Below, in pieces: positions 25,199-35,420 of a stretch of 64,000 nucleotides of DNA. Numbering within the stretch: the first letter of the stretch is position 1; every line of letters begins with the position of its first letter. The stretch lies in the sequence record AB897757.1; one strand, written 5' to 3'. The DNA is from Klebsiella phage K64-1. The notes beneath the pieces are model-generated. The model saw only the letters and a list, made by a program, of their open reading frames with translations. It was not told where the DNA came from and made no database searches. The position numbers were made by a program, and so were the translations under genes.

Positions 25199-25238
25199 AA
25201 TAAATAATTGAAAGATCTTTTTTACAAAAGGAATTAAA

Positions 25239-26210
25239 ATGGATATTCAACAAACATCACAAGAATTACAAAAATTTGCTGATTCTCAGGGAATGAATAT
25301 TGATGTTTCTACTGTACTCGATAATATGGATGCTGGTGATTTCGTGGAATTGAATTCGGCTATCGACTCTAACAATAATCAAGAAATTTTTAAAATTCTT
25401 CAAAAATATAAAGCACGTATGAGTGAAAGTTTTGAATATTTTAGTCCAACATATGTACTTAAATACGTAACCGAAAATTCAAAACTAAAAGAAATTGATA
25501 ATTATAGTATTAAAGAATTAAAAGAAGCGTATTCAAAATTCAGTACATATGGTGATATTTCAGAATTTAGTACTCAGGAATTAAAAGCATTAGTGTATGA
25601 AGATATAACACAGAATGCTACACAGCTTAATGCGTTAAAAACTAGTAATATTGCACAACAAAATCTACAACAGCAACAACAACAAATTAATCCACAGACA
25701 CAGGCTAAAGTTAAACAAGCAGAATTACAAAAAGGTACGGGTAATATGAAAGTATCTGTTCCTGGTCAACAATCTGGTACAGATGAAATTGAACCCCTTG
25801 TTGGTATTGATGTTGGACAAACACCACAACAGACATTGGTTGTTACTAAAAGTGGTTCTAAACCAAATCAGGTTAATATATTTGGTCTAGATGACGTCAC
25901 CCCAGTTCAGGAATCAAGAAAACTAATGGATGACATTGATAAGATCTGCACAGAAGAAAAATCTGTACAAGAGATTAATGCAGAAACTAAAAATGTTGCT
26001 CCGCCAGCACCTGAACAAAGTGGAACGCCATCGCCAGTTACTTATACTGCTCCTGGTATGGGTGAGTTTATTCATTCAGTACAGGACGTTCCATTTGAAG
26101 ATGATTTCAGTGGAGAAGAAAGCCCATTAGGAAATTCTAAATTTGAACAGAATGATGAAATTGTTAACGATATAATTGATTTATGTAATCGAATGGATAA
26201 TAGAAAATGA
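25239..26210 (+). CDS. hypothetical protein with Gln-rich low-complexity tract
   Basis: 323 aa. Contains NLQQQQQQINPQTQ. Confidence 0.5.
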   Translation: MDIQQTSQELQKFADSQGMNIDVSTVLDNMDAGDFVELNSAIDSNNNQEIFKILQKYKARMSESFEYFSPTYVLKYVTENSKLKEIDNYSIKELKEAYSKFSTYGDISEFSTQELKALVYEDITQNATQLNALKTSNIAQQNLQQQQQQINPQTQAKVKQAELQKGTGNMKVSVPGQQSGTDEIEPLVGIDVGQTPQQTLVVTKSGSKPNQVNIFGLDDVTPVQESRKLMDDIDKICTEEKSVQEINAETKNVAPPAPEQSGTPSPVTYTAPGMGEFIHSVQDVPFEDDFSGEESPLGNSKFEQNDEIVNDIIDLCNRMDNRK

Positions 26211-26401
26211 GATCTATAAAAACCGACAATGGTTATAGTATTATCCTTAGTAATGAAGAGTACTCATTATATAGAAAAATTAAAGCTAGAAAAAAAATTC
26301 ACGAAGAATCTCTTCCTGAATATTATCAAGAACTCGCCAATAAACTGGTATCAAGGGGTGTTCTTGATAAAACTGAAGATAATATATATACAGTAAAATA
26401 A
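26207..26401 (+). CDS. hypothetical small protein
   Basis: 64-aa ORF with ATGA overlap to the upstream stop. Confidence 0.4.
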   Translation: MRSIKTDNGYSIILSNEEYSLYRKIKARKKIHEESLPEYYQELANKLVSRGVLDKTEDNIYTVK

Positions 26402-26425
26402 TACAATGTAATTAAAGGAAGTTAT

Positions 26426-27079
26426 ATGAGTTATTATTCTGATGATTATGAACAAAATAAGAAGGCTAAATCAGAAATTTCTGATTTACTTACTGACTTG
26501 TATGATATTGGTTTTTATGATAAAAATGATATCCCACCACCGGTAAGCACGGCACCTGATTATGGTTATGATTATATTACAGAAGGTGTACAAGGTACTT
26601 ATTCACTGGATGAAAATGGTATTCCAGTTAATGTAGTACAACCCACTATCCCAGAACAGTACTATACTGAACCTGTTATTCAAAAACCAAAAAATACTAA
26701 AAAATGGGATTTAGTTGAAGATCACTATCCAGGTACTAAAAGTACTAAAGTCTATAGTATTAAATGTAATTCAAATGACCAAATTATTATGAATAACATT
26801 TTAATGCACGAAGCCGCTTTAACTTTAGTAAATCTTTTAAATGAAGGTAGAATGTTAACTGATCCAAAAATTCTTGGTATAATCAGCAGTGGTATTCAAT
26901 TTACTTCAGTTATGAATGAGGTCATAAAAGTATCAAAAGAACGTCTTGTGGTACTAAATGAAGCTCGTTATGATGATGCAAAAGAATTGGATGTAAAAAT
27001 TGCCGAAAAGAAAAATGAAGCATATAAACTGAAAAAACGTGTACTGGATTTTCTAAAAACTGAAGGCTACATTAAATAG
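26426..27079 (+). CDS. hypothetical protein
   Basis: 217-aa ORF with RBS AAAGGAAG. Confidence 0.5.
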   Translation: MSYYSDDYEQNKKAKSEISDLLTDLYDIGFYDKNDIPPPVSTAPDYGYDYITEGVQGTYSLDENGIPVNVVQPTIPEQYYTEPVIQKPKNTKKWDLVEDHYPGTKSTKVYSIKCNSNDQIIMNNILMHEAALTLVNLLNEGRMLTDPKILGIISSGIQFTSVMNEVIKVSKERLVVLNEARYDDAKELDVKIAEKKNEAYKLKKRVLDFLKTEGYIK

Positions 27080-27096
27080 TACTTCAAGGGAATGAA

Positions 27097-28830
27097 ATGA
27101 AAAAATATCTGAAAAATTTAGATACAGAAACAGAAAATCTATTTAATGAAATTCGTTCATTACTAAGTAACAAAAATAGTAAATCATGGCATACCTCAAT
27201 AAATGCTTCTGGAAGGGAGCATTTAAAAAACGCGGTACTCAGAGTCTATCCAAGTAGTGATTTTTTATTATCAGAAGCATTAAAACTGATTATCAATCAA
27301 GAAGAACCACCGTATGCAGTATGTGGTAGAAAATGTAAGTATTTTAATGGTCAGTATGATAGATATTGTTCATTGGGTGTCAAACCCAATAAAAACACTT
27401 ATTGTGAGAAGTGCAATAAACACTGGCGAGAAAAGAAAAACAAATCCACAAAAGAAAACTGTCTAAATCAGTACAATGTTGAACACCCTTTTCAGCGAAA
27501 TGATGTGAAAACAAAAGTACATGAAACTAAAATACGAAAATACGGTACTAATTATAATAAAATAATTTCAAACAAATCATTCAGTACTTATTATAATAAA
27601 ACTGGATATTCATGTCCATTGAGTAATCCAGATATACAACAAAAAATTAAAGAAACTAATATTAAAAATTATGGATATGAAAATCCCGGTTCATCTCCAT
27701 TAATTGTACAAAAAAGAAAAAATACCCAGAAGAAATTATATGGTCATGAACATTCTATGCAGAATGGTGATATAAAACTAAAGGTATTGATTAAATCTGC
27801 CACACAGAGAATGGATAGTATAAATTCAAAACTTGAATTTACTAATTTTATTCCTTTGTTTGATATTAGTGATTTAATTGGTTTGGATACATATAACAAA
27901 ATGCCATACTGGTGTAATACACATGGTTTATTTTATTCATGTAGTAATTATAAAATTATATGTAATGAATGCACTCCCGTTCATATAAGCACACAACACA
28001 AAGAGATATTAAATTTTATAGAAAATCTTGGTATTGAATGTGTAACGAATACACGCTCTGTTTTAAAAAGTACTATGGAATTGGATATTTTTATACCTGA
28101 CTTGAATGTTGCAATAGAAATTAATGGTATGTACTGGCATAGTACTGAATACAAAGAACGACTGTATCATCAAAACAAAATGTTGGAATGTAAAGAACAT
28201 GGCATTCACTTAATACAGATATGGGAAGATGAATGGAATACCAAACAAGATTTGGTTAAATTTCGTTTGATGAATGTATTAAAATGCTCCAGTACTATAT
28301 ATGCAAGAAAATGTAAAATAAAAGAAATCAATAAAAAAGAATGTGATAATTTTATTAATACATACCATATCCAAGGTTCTAGTTCATCATCTATTAGAAT
28401 TGGTTTATATTACGAAAATGAATTATATGCAGTTATGACATTTGGAAAATCCAGATTTGATAAAACTGTTCAGTATGAATTGATACGATATTGTTCAAAA
28501 AGTACAGTCGTTGGCGGTGCATCTAAATTATTAAAGTACTTTGAGAAGAAATACAAACCAGTGTCGTTGATTTCTTATGCAGATGCGTGTTGGAGTACTG
28601 GTGATTTATATATTAAACTTGGTTTTACATATAATGGATTAACTGAACCTGGTTATTTTTATTACAAATCAAGTACTGGTAGAATTTCAAGGCATCAATG
28701 TCAAAAGAAAAAACTAGTCAATCAGGGATATGATGAAAATTTATCAGAATATCAAATATGTACCACTGTACTTAAATATAACAAAATATTTGATTGTGGT
28801 AATTTTAAATTCACTAAATATTACATATAA
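27097..28830 (+). CDS. modular endonuclease-like protein: Zn finger + NUMOD3-like repeats + Zn ribbon + Vsr-like PD-(D/E)XK nuclease + GNAT-like C-domain
   Basis: Tandem ~28-aa repeats (..KTKVHETKIRKYG.., ..QQKIKETNIKNYG.., ..KRKNTQKKLYG..). WCNTHGLFYSCSNYKIICNEC ribbon. LDIFIPDLNVAIEINGMYWHS...KEHGIHLIQIWEDEW fits Vsr PDIVFPKYKTCIFVHGCFWHHH...GWRVLIVWEC. C-domain TVVGGASKLLKYF + ISYADACWSTGDLYIKLGFTYNG fits GNAT motifs A and B. Paralogue of 46992..48701. Confidence 0.6.
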   Translation: MKKYLKNLDTETENLFNEIRSLLSNKNSKSWHTSINASGREHLKNAVLRVYPSSDFLLSEALKLIINQEEPPYAVCGRKCKYFNGQYDRYCSLGVKPNKNTYCEKCNKHWREKKNKSTKENCLNQYNVEHPFQRNDVKTKVHETKIRKYGTNYNKIISNKSFSTYYNKTGYSCPLSNPDIQQKIKETNIKNYGYENPGSSPLIVQKRKNTQKKLYGHEHSMQNGDIKLKVLIKSATQRMDSINSKLEFTNFIPLFDISDLIGLDTYNKMPYWCNTHGLFYSCSNYKIICNECTPVHISTQHKEILNFIENLGIECVTNTRSVLKSTMELDIFIPDLNVAIEINGMYWHSTEYKERLYHQNKMLECKEHGIHLIQIWEDEWNTKQDLVKFRLMNVLKCSSTIYARKCKIKEINKKECDNFINTYHIQGSSSSSIRIGLYYENELYAVMTFGKSRFDKTVQYELIRYCSKSTVVGGASKLLKYFEKKYKPVSLISYADACWSTGDLYIKLGFTYNGLTEPGYFYYKSSTGRISRHQCQKKKLVNQGYDENLSEYQICTTVLKYNKIFDCGNFKFTKYYI

Positions 28831-28849
28831 CTTATAAGGAATATATAAA

Positions 28850-29473
28850 ATGTCTGACATTAAAAAAATCATGGAAGCTGAAAATCGTGTAGAAGCACTG
28901 AAGTTCATGCAGATTAATGAAAGTAATATTGAAAAACTGGAAGTGGTTCTCGCAATCAAATCTGGTATTGCCGATAAACTACAACGTGCTTCTGAGCAGT
29001 TGATGAACTACAGCGTTGACGTTCTCGGTCCAATTGTTGATCGTATTAAAGCAGAAGAAGGTATTGAAGTGGCCGAAGAATTTCAGTCCAGAGTTAAAAA
29101 CATCCTTCAACATGCAGCAGATGTAGTTATGGATGCTAAAGACCAGATCACTAACGAAACTCTTAAACTTACTGGTGATGTAGCTGATAATCCAGATGTG
29201 GCTGATATCGGTATTGATGATGATCTAACCGTTGATGAGGAAACCCCAACTTTTGATATGGAATCTGATGCTTCCTTTGATGATATTGAAGAACCTGTAC
29301 CGGAAGATCGTGCAATGAAAGAATCTGTACAATATACCCAAGTTGGTATCAAAATGGAAAGTACTAAAGGTACTATTGGTACAAAATATTTCAGTACTCA
29401 TAAAGAAGCTGAAAAATGGCTCAAAGAAAATGAATCTAAAGTCAAAAAAGTACTTGGGTTCGAGAAAAAATAA
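28850..29473 (+). CDS. hypothetical acidic protein
   Basis: 207-aa ORF with an Asp/Glu-rich centre. Confidence 0.5.
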   Translation: MSDIKKIMEAENRVEALKFMQINESNIEKLEVVLAIKSGIADKLQRASEQLMNYSVDVLGPIVDRIKAEEGIEVAEEFQSRVKNILQHAADVVMDAKDQITNETLKLTGDVADNPDVADIGIDDDLTVDEETPTFDMESDASFDDIEEPVPEDRAMKESVQYTQVGIKMESTKGTIGTKYFSTHKEAEKWLKENESKVKKVLGFEKK

Positions 29474-29481
29474 GGTTAATT

Positions 29482-29832
29482 ATGAAATTTCGTGATATTG
29501 TAAAAATCACAGAAGATGCACCACCAAAAGATATTCGCAATATGATCACCAGTATTGCATTATCACTAGTTGCATCTGGTAGGGAAGAGGTTGGTATTCA
29601 GTCATTGGTTAATGAAATTAAGAAAAGGACTGGTATTGATGTTCCTTATAATGTGATGATGGATATTTTAAATTCGTTGCCATTTGTTCAGGATGCAAAT
29701 TCTGATAGAGTACAATTTTCAGGAACTGATACCAGTACTGACTTTAAGCAACCTAATTCAGAAGAAAGTTCTGAACAAAAAGTACAAGATATGGCTGGTA
29801 AAGCAGCCACCGACAGTATGAAATCACTATAA
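29482..29832 (+). CDS. hypothetical protein
   Basis: 116-aa ORF. Confidence 0.5.
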   Translation: MKFRDIVKITEDAPPKDIRNMITSIALSLVASGREEVGIQSLVNEIKKRTGIDVPYNVMMDILNSLPFVQDANSDRVQFSGTDTSTDFKQPNSEESSEQKVQDMAGKAATDSMKSL

Positions 29833-29837
29833 AATTT

Positions 29838-29867
29838 TTGAACAAAAAGACAAAAATAAGCTATAAT
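29838..29867 (+). promoter_or_regulatory. sigma70-type early promoter (TTTTTGAACAAAAA-family)
   Basis: TTGAAC at 29838-29843, 18-bp spacer, TATAAT at 29862-29867. Only about 12 nt lie between the predicted transcription start and the ATG at 29885. Confidence 0.6.
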
Positions 29868-29884
29868 TATGGAGTAACAAGGGA

Positions 29885-30592
29885 ATGTTTGTTCCACCTA
29901 TTATTAGCAGATATTCTTATGTTGATTATAAAAGAATTGAAGGCGGCTCTCAGGGTCGCCTTTATTCTACCCCAACCGGAAATCTGCCATCGGTAACTAC
30001 AATTCTAAGTGCCACATCCAATGATGAAGGATTGAAAAAATGGCGTGAATTTGTGGGAGAAGAAAAAGCCAATGCTATCACACTGGAAGCAACGACAATT
30101 GGTACCTTTATGCATGAAAATTTAGAAAATAGATTAAATTCTAAGCCAGATCATGAAGGTGGTATGCCAGTACGTGTATTAGCAAGAAAAATGGCTGATA
30201 AAATTCAAGAAGAAGCGTGGCCTAAAATTAATGAAGTATGGGGTCAGGAAGTACCACTGTACTATGAAGGTCTATGGGCTGGAACAACAGATTTGGTTGG
30301 AATTCATGACGGAATTCCAACCATCATGGATTACAAAAATTCTAGAAAAAAGAAAACATGGAATCATATTGAAAATTACCGTTTACAAATTGCCGCATAT
30401 GCGTTGGCTCATAACTATATGTATGGAACTGATATACGACGTGGTGTAATATTTGTTTGTGTAAGAGAAGATCCTCAAAATTTACAATATCAGGAATTTA
30501 TAATTGAAGGTGATGATTTTGATGAAGCCGTACAAATGTGGATTTCTAGAGTAGAGCAATATTATATAATGAATGGGCAAATTATAAATTAA
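29885..30592 (+). CDS. PD-(D/E)XK nuclease, RecB/Cas4/lambda-Exo-like
   Basis: GTTDLVGIHDG...IMDYKNSRK (D...DxK) followed by QIAAYALAHNYMYG (the QhxxY motif of RecB-family nucleases). Confidence 0.55.
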   Translation: MFVPPIISRYSYVDYKRIEGGSQGRLYSTPTGNLPSVTTILSATSNDEGLKKWREFVGEEKANAITLEATTIGTFMHENLENRLNSKPDHEGGMPVRVLARKMADKIQEEAWPKINEVWGQEVPLYYEGLWAGTTDLVGIHDGIPTIMDYKNSRKKKTWNHIENYRLQIAAYALAHNYMYGTDIRRGVIFVCVREDPQNLQYQEFIIEGDDFDEAVQMWISRVEQYYIMNGQIIN

Positions 30593-30612
30593 ATTAGCAA
30601 ACTGGAGTAACA

Positions 30613-31149
30613 ATGAAAGACAACGTATACATTTATATTATTAAAGTACTGGAAGGTAAAGGTTACAATATCAATGAAGTAATCAAGAAAAGCGATAAAG
30701 AAATCAAATCTCTTCCTCTATCTCGTCAGATTATTGAGGGTATTATTTCTTATAAAGAAAAAGGTTCCCCAAAACTAGAAGAAATCGAAAAGAAAATCTT
30801 TGATAAGAGATATAACCCAGACGTGGAAGTAAAAACTTCAGATATTATCGAATATGTAAAAAACACCGATGAACAAAATGAAGTCCTGGATAATATTAAA
30901 CAAGAACAACTTGAAGAAATTCCTGATGATGTAATTGTAATTAAACATACTGCTCCTAACAAAGAAGATTTGGATATCATCAAAGATGCCCTTCAACAAA
31001 AAGAACTCCGTACAATTGCAAAATATGTTAAACACCTGAAAGACACCGTTCCTTCTGCTATTATGTCTGCTGTTGATAGTGTGACTATTAATGACCTAAT
31101 TAATGCACGAATTGCAGAAGTAAAATCAGCAGAAGAAAAAACTAAATAA
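30613..31149 (+). CDS. hypothetical protein
   Basis: 178-aa ORF with RBS GGAG. Confidence 0.5.
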   Translation: MKDNVYIYIIKVLEGKGYNINEVIKKSDKEIKSLPLSRQIIEGIISYKEKGSPKLEEIEKKIFDKRYNPDVEVKTSDIIEYVKNTDEQNEVLDNIKQEQLEEIPDDVIVIKHTAPNKEDLDIIKDALQQKELRTIAKYVKHLKDTVPSAIMSAVDSVTINDLINARIAEVKSAEEKTK

Positions 31150-31180
31150 TCCTATAACGAACTTTGATTAAGGGTTTAAT

Positions 31181-31756
31181 ATGGCTCAACAACAAATCGC
31201 TTTACAACAAATCAGAACAGGTAAACAGCGTGATTTACCGGATGCGTTGGAAAAAGGACAACTAGGATTCAGTACTGACGTAGGTCGTATGTTCGTTGGT
31301 TTACCATCCTCATCTGATCCTGCAAGTTTAGTAGCAGGTCGTAATTGGGACAATGCACCAAATAGTGGGAAAGAAAATGTAGAAATTATTACGGAGTTTA
31401 CACCATGGCAGGTTGTTTCTAATATTGTAAACCGACCGTATGTATTCTCTGTACCGAAGGGTGGCAGTACGCAAATTTCAATTCAAAGTGATAATAGAGT
31501 GTTTCTTGATTATATGGCATATAACGATACTTCCAGTATTCTGGAAAGTGGTAATGTACAAATGTTGTGTAATGATTCAAAAACACTACTGGCACAATTT
31601 AATAATACAACTCAAGAAGAGGGTATCATTTCATTGACTTTCTCGGATGCAACATTCGATGAAAGTACTAAATTGATGGTATTCACTATCACTAATAATG
31701 ACACGGAAAGTGATTATAGTATAGAATTCGTATATAGAGGCTGGGATAAACCGTAA
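31181..31756 (+). CDS. hypothetical protein
   Basis: 191-aa ORF with RBS AAGGG. Confidence 0.5.
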   Translation: MAQQQIALQQIRTGKQRDLPDALEKGQLGFSTDVGRMFVGLPSSSDPASLVAGRNWDNAPNSGKENVEIITEFTPWQVVSNIVNRPYVFSVPKGGSTQISIQSDNRVFLDYMAYNDTSSILESGNVQMLCNDSKTLLAQFNNTTQEEGIISLTFSDATFDESTKLMVFTITNNDTESDYSIEFVYRGWDKP

Positions 31757-31776
31757 AAGGCTCCCAGCCTTTTTAT
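31755..31776 (+). terminator. rho-independent terminator
   Basis: AAAAGGCT-ccc-AGCCTTTTT. Confidence 0.55.
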
Positions 31777-31824
31777 CCCCTAAAATAATTAAAAACAATA
31801 AAAAAAAACTTAAAAGGATGTAAA

Positions 31825-34140
31825 ATGATTAACGTTATTAAACGTGATGGATCAAAAGAACCACTCGACCTTGATAAAATTCACCAGATTTTATTTTTTG
31901 CATGTGAAGGTATTTCTGGTGTGTCTGTGTCCGAAATTGAAATTCGTGCTAAATTGCAATTTCATGAAGGAATTAAAACTTCTGTAATTCATGATATCCT
32001 AATTAAAAGTTCATCAGAGCTTATTTCTGAAGATACTCCAAATTATCAATACGTAGCTGGTCGTCTTTTGAATTATAGTATTCGTAAAGAAGTTTATGGT
32101 CAGTATGAACCAATTCCTTACGGAGAATATGTAAATAACATGGTTCAAAAAGGTATATACGATCCTATCATTCTGGAAAAATATAATTCAGCAGAAATCG
32201 AAGAACTCGGGAAATGCATTAAACACAAACGTGATGATAAATTTACTTTTGTTGCAATGAGTCAATGGCAAGGTAAGTATCTGTGTAAAAACCGTGTAAC
32301 TAAAGAAATTTATGAAACACCACAAATGGCTTATATGACTATCGCTGCTACGATTTTCTCTGAATACAGTACTGAAATTCGTTTGTCATATGTTAAGAAG
32401 TTCTATGATGCTATTAGTACTTTTGATATTAGTTTACCAACTCCGATTATGTCCGGTCTTCGCACTAATACACGTCAGTTCTCAAGTTGTGTAGTACTGA
32501 ATGTTGGCGATAGTCTTGATAGTATTGGTTCCAGTAATCATGCAATCCTGCGTTATATTTCACGTAAAGCAGGGCTTGGTGTTAATATGGGACGTATTCG
32601 TGCAATTGATTCTGCAATTCGTGATGGCGATGCAGTACATACTGGTGTAGTACCATTCTTATCTGCATTAGCAAAAACTGTCAAAAGCTGTTCCCAGGGA
32701 GGTGTAAGAGGCGGGGCAGCAACCGTACATTTTCCAATGTGGCATTTGGAATTTGAAAATATTGTAGTACTGAAAAATAATAAAGGAACTGAATTTAACC
32801 GAGTAAGACAACTGGACTATTGCTTCCAAATCAATAAGACATTATATCAACGATTGATTGATGGAAAAGACATTACATTCTTTAGCCCACATGATGTTCC
32901 TGATCTATATGATGCATTTTGTGCTGATCAAGAAGAATTTGAACGTCTGTATATTAAGTATGAACTCGATGAAACTATTCGTAGGAAAACTATGCCAGCG
33001 ATTGAAGCATTTAGTCATCTAATACAAGAGCGTGCAGAAACTGGCCGCATTTATATTCAGAATATTGATAATGCCAATGAGCATGGTTCATTTATTCCAG
33101 AAATTGCACCAATTGAGCAAAGTAATTTGTGTCAGGAAATTGATTTACCATCTGTTCCATTTGAAGATATTAATAATGGTGAAGGTCTTATTAGCCTATG
33201 TACTTTGAGTGCTATTAACTGGGGTAATTTTGACAAACCCGAAGATATGGAAGAAGCGTGTGATTTGGCTGTCCGTGCCCTGGATGCTATTCTTGATTAT
33301 CAGGATTATCCAGTACTACATGCTGAACGAGCTACAAAGCTCTACAGACCACTTGGTGTTGGTATTATGAGCCTAGCCTATTTCCTGGCTAAACGTGGCT
33401 TAAAATACGATACAAACGCATTGAGCACTATTAACGAATGGTCAGAAGCGTGGTCTTATTATTTGATTAAAGCATCCGTAAACCTTGCAAAAGAAAAAGG
33501 GCATTGTGATGGATTTAAGAATACTAAGTACTCACTGGGTTTATTCCCACATGACACTTATAAATCAGATTCATATATCAATGAAATTGCACCATATGAA
33601 TTAAAACAAGATTGGGATTCCCTACGTGAAGAAATGATGGTGTATGGTATTCGTAATGCTACATTACATGCAAATATGCCAGGAGAAACATCATCACAAA
33701 TCAGTAATAGTACTGCTGGTATTGAAAAGATTCGTTCTCTTGTAACAGTAAAAACTTCTAAAGATGGTGTTCTTAAACAAGTTGTACCTGAAATTTCAAA
33801 ATTAAAGAACAAATATGACCTACTATGGGAACAATCTGATAATATTGGTTATCTTCAGGTGTGCGGCGTTATGCAGAAATACATGGATCAAGGTATAAGT
33901 ACTAATACGAGTTATAATCCTGAAAAGTTCCAAGATGGAAAAGTGCCAATGTCAGTACTGTTAACAGAACTTCTAATGGCTTATAAACTTAACACAAAAC
34001 AACTATACTATCATAACGTGTTGGACAATGCTTCTGAAGTTGATATTGACAAATATATGGAAGAAAAAAATAAATTAACAAAAAATGATATTGTTTTGCC
34101 TGAGCTACCAGAAGATGATTGTGAGAGTTGTAAATTGTAA
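31825..34140 (+). CDS. nrdA: ribonucleotide reductase class Ia alpha subunit
   Basis: N-terminal ATP cone (VIKRDGSKEPLDLDKI), catalytic SNLCQEI and C-terminal CESCKL. 771-aa continuous ORF with no intron. Confidence 0.9.
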   Translation: MINVIKRDGSKEPLDLDKIHQILFFACEGISGVSVSEIEIRAKLQFHEGIKTSVIHDILIKSSSELISEDTPNYQYVAGRLLNYSIRKEVYGQYEPIPYGEYVNNMVQKGIYDPIILEKYNSAEIEELGKCIKHKRDDKFTFVAMSQWQGKYLCKNRVTKEIYETPQMAYMTIAATIFSEYSTEIRLSYVKKFYDAISTFDISLPTPIMSGLRTNTRQFSSCVVLNVGDSLDSIGSSNHAILRYISRKAGLGVNMGRIRAIDSAIRDGDAVHTGVVPFLSALAKTVKSCSQGGVRGGAATVHFPMWHLEFENIVVLKNNKGTEFNRVRQLDYCFQINKTLYQRLIDGKDITFFSPHDVPDLYDAFCADQEEFERLYIKYELDETIRRKTMPAIEAFSHLIQERAETGRIYIQNIDNANEHGSFIPEIAPIEQSNLCQEIDLPSVPFEDINNGEGLISLCTLSAINWGNFDKPEDMEEACDLAVRALDAILDYQDYPVLHAERATKLYRPLGVGIMSLAYFLAKRGLKYDTNALSTINEWSEAWSYYLIKASVNLAKEKGHCDGFKNTKYSLGLFPHDTYKSDSYINEIAPYELKQDWDSLREEMMVYGIRNATLHANMPGETSSQISNSTAGIEKIRSLVTVKTSKDGVLKQVVPEISKLKNKYDLLWEQSDNIGYLQVCGVMQKYMDQGISTNTSYNPEKFQDGKVPMSVLLTELLMAYKLNTKQLYYHNVLDNASEVDIDKYMEEKNKLTKNDIVLPELPEDDCESCKL

Positions 34141-34237
34141 TATATTAATTACTAAAAATATCACAAATTAATATCAATAGTAAAAAGCTAAACACCATAT
34201 AACGGTTTTTACTTTCGAATACAAATAATAATATAAT

Positions 34238-34264
34238 AAATCCCACAATTAAGTGGGATTTTTA
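34238..34264 (+). terminator. rho-independent terminator / attenuator between nrdA and nrdB
   Basis: AATCCCAC-aattaa-GTGGGATT followed by TTTAT. Confidence 0.55.
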
Positions 34265-34290
34265 TTCTATAAAACAAAGGAATGTAACAA

Positions 34291-35415
34291 ATGTCAGTGT
34301 TTCAAAAAAATACAAAATCACATTTAGAAAAGAATATGTTTTTTGATGAAGCGGTAGATATCCAACGCTTTGAAACTAACAAGTATTCTACCATTGAGAA
34401 ATTAACCGAACAACAAAAAGGATTTTTCTGGAGTCCCGGTGAAGTTGATGTAAATAAAGACAAAATTGATTTTACTAAATTATCTGAAGCGGAAAAGCAT
34501 ATTTTCACTTCCAACCTCAAACGTCAGATACTACTTGATTCAGTACAGGGTCGTGGTCCAAACACGGTACTTCTACCACTGGCTTCGTTACCGGAAGTAG
34601 AAAATTTTATTGAAACTTGGGCGTTCTTTGAAGGTGCAATTCATAGTAAATCATATACTCATATTATTCGTAACATCTACACCAATCCATCTGAAGTATT
34701 TGATACTATGCTTGATATTCCTGAAATTCTGGATTGTGCCGTTGACGTATCTAAGTACTATGATGATTTAGAAGAATACGGTACTTGGTATCGTATGCTT
34801 GGTGTTGGCACACATACTATCAATGGTAAAGAACTTGTTATTGACATGTATGAACTGAAAAAGAAACTGTGGTTGTGCTTAAATTCCATTAACGTATTGG
34901 AGGGTATACGATTTTATGTCTCATTCGCTGCATCCTTTGCATTTGGTGAAAATAAAATCATGGAAGGTAATGCCAAGATCATTAGACTAATTGCGAGGGA
35001 TGAGTCTCTCCATTTAGCAGCAACTCAAATGATGCTTCGTTTGTTGAAAAAAGAAGATCCAGACTTTGTTAAAATTTCTGAAGAATGCTATGATGAAGTC
35101 CAGAGTATGTTCCTGGATGCTATTAAGCAAGAAGAAGACTGGGCTGATTATCTATTTAAAGATGGTTCTATTATTGGTCTTAATGCTGAAATACTAAAAC
35201 AGTATGTTCGCTGGATTGGATCTAAACGTATGGCAGCAGTTGGAATTAAGTGTCCATATGCTGTAACGAAAAATAGCCCACTCCCATGGATGGAACATTG
35301 GATTAGTAGTGCGGGTGTGCAGGTTGCACCACAAGAAACTGAAATTAGTTCCTATGTAATTGGTGGTATCAAAGCCGATATTACAGAAAACACGTTCAGT
35401 ACATTTAAACTATAA
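34291..35415 (+). CDS. nrdB: ribonucleotide reductase class Ia beta subunit
   Basis: Di-iron ligand region EGIRFYVSFAASFAFGE...RDESLHL. 374-aa continuous ORF. Confidence 0.85.
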   Translation: MSVFQKNTKSHLEKNMFFDEAVDIQRFETNKYSTIEKLTEQQKGFFWSPGEVDVNKDKIDFTKLSEAEKHIFTSNLKRQILLDSVQGRGPNTVLLPLASLPEVENFIETWAFFEGAIHSKSYTHIIRNIYTNPSEVFDTMLDIPEILDCAVDVSKYYDDLEEYGTWYRMLGVGTHTINGKELVIDMYELKKKLWLCLNSINVLEGIRFYVSFAASFAFGENKIMEGNAKIIRLIARDESLHLAATQMMLRLLKKEDPDFVKISEECYDEVQSMFLDAIKQEEDWADYLFKDGSIIGLNAEILKQYVRWIGSKRMAAVGIKCPYAVTKNSPLPWMEHWISSAGVQVAPQETEISSYVIGGIKADITENTFSTFKL

Positions 35416-35420
35416 AATAC

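Noticed and set aside
31825-35415. Group I introns in nrdA/nrdB (common in T4-like phages)
   Set aside because: Both genes are single uninterrupted ORFs of normal length with conserved motifs in order. No conserved-structure insert is present.
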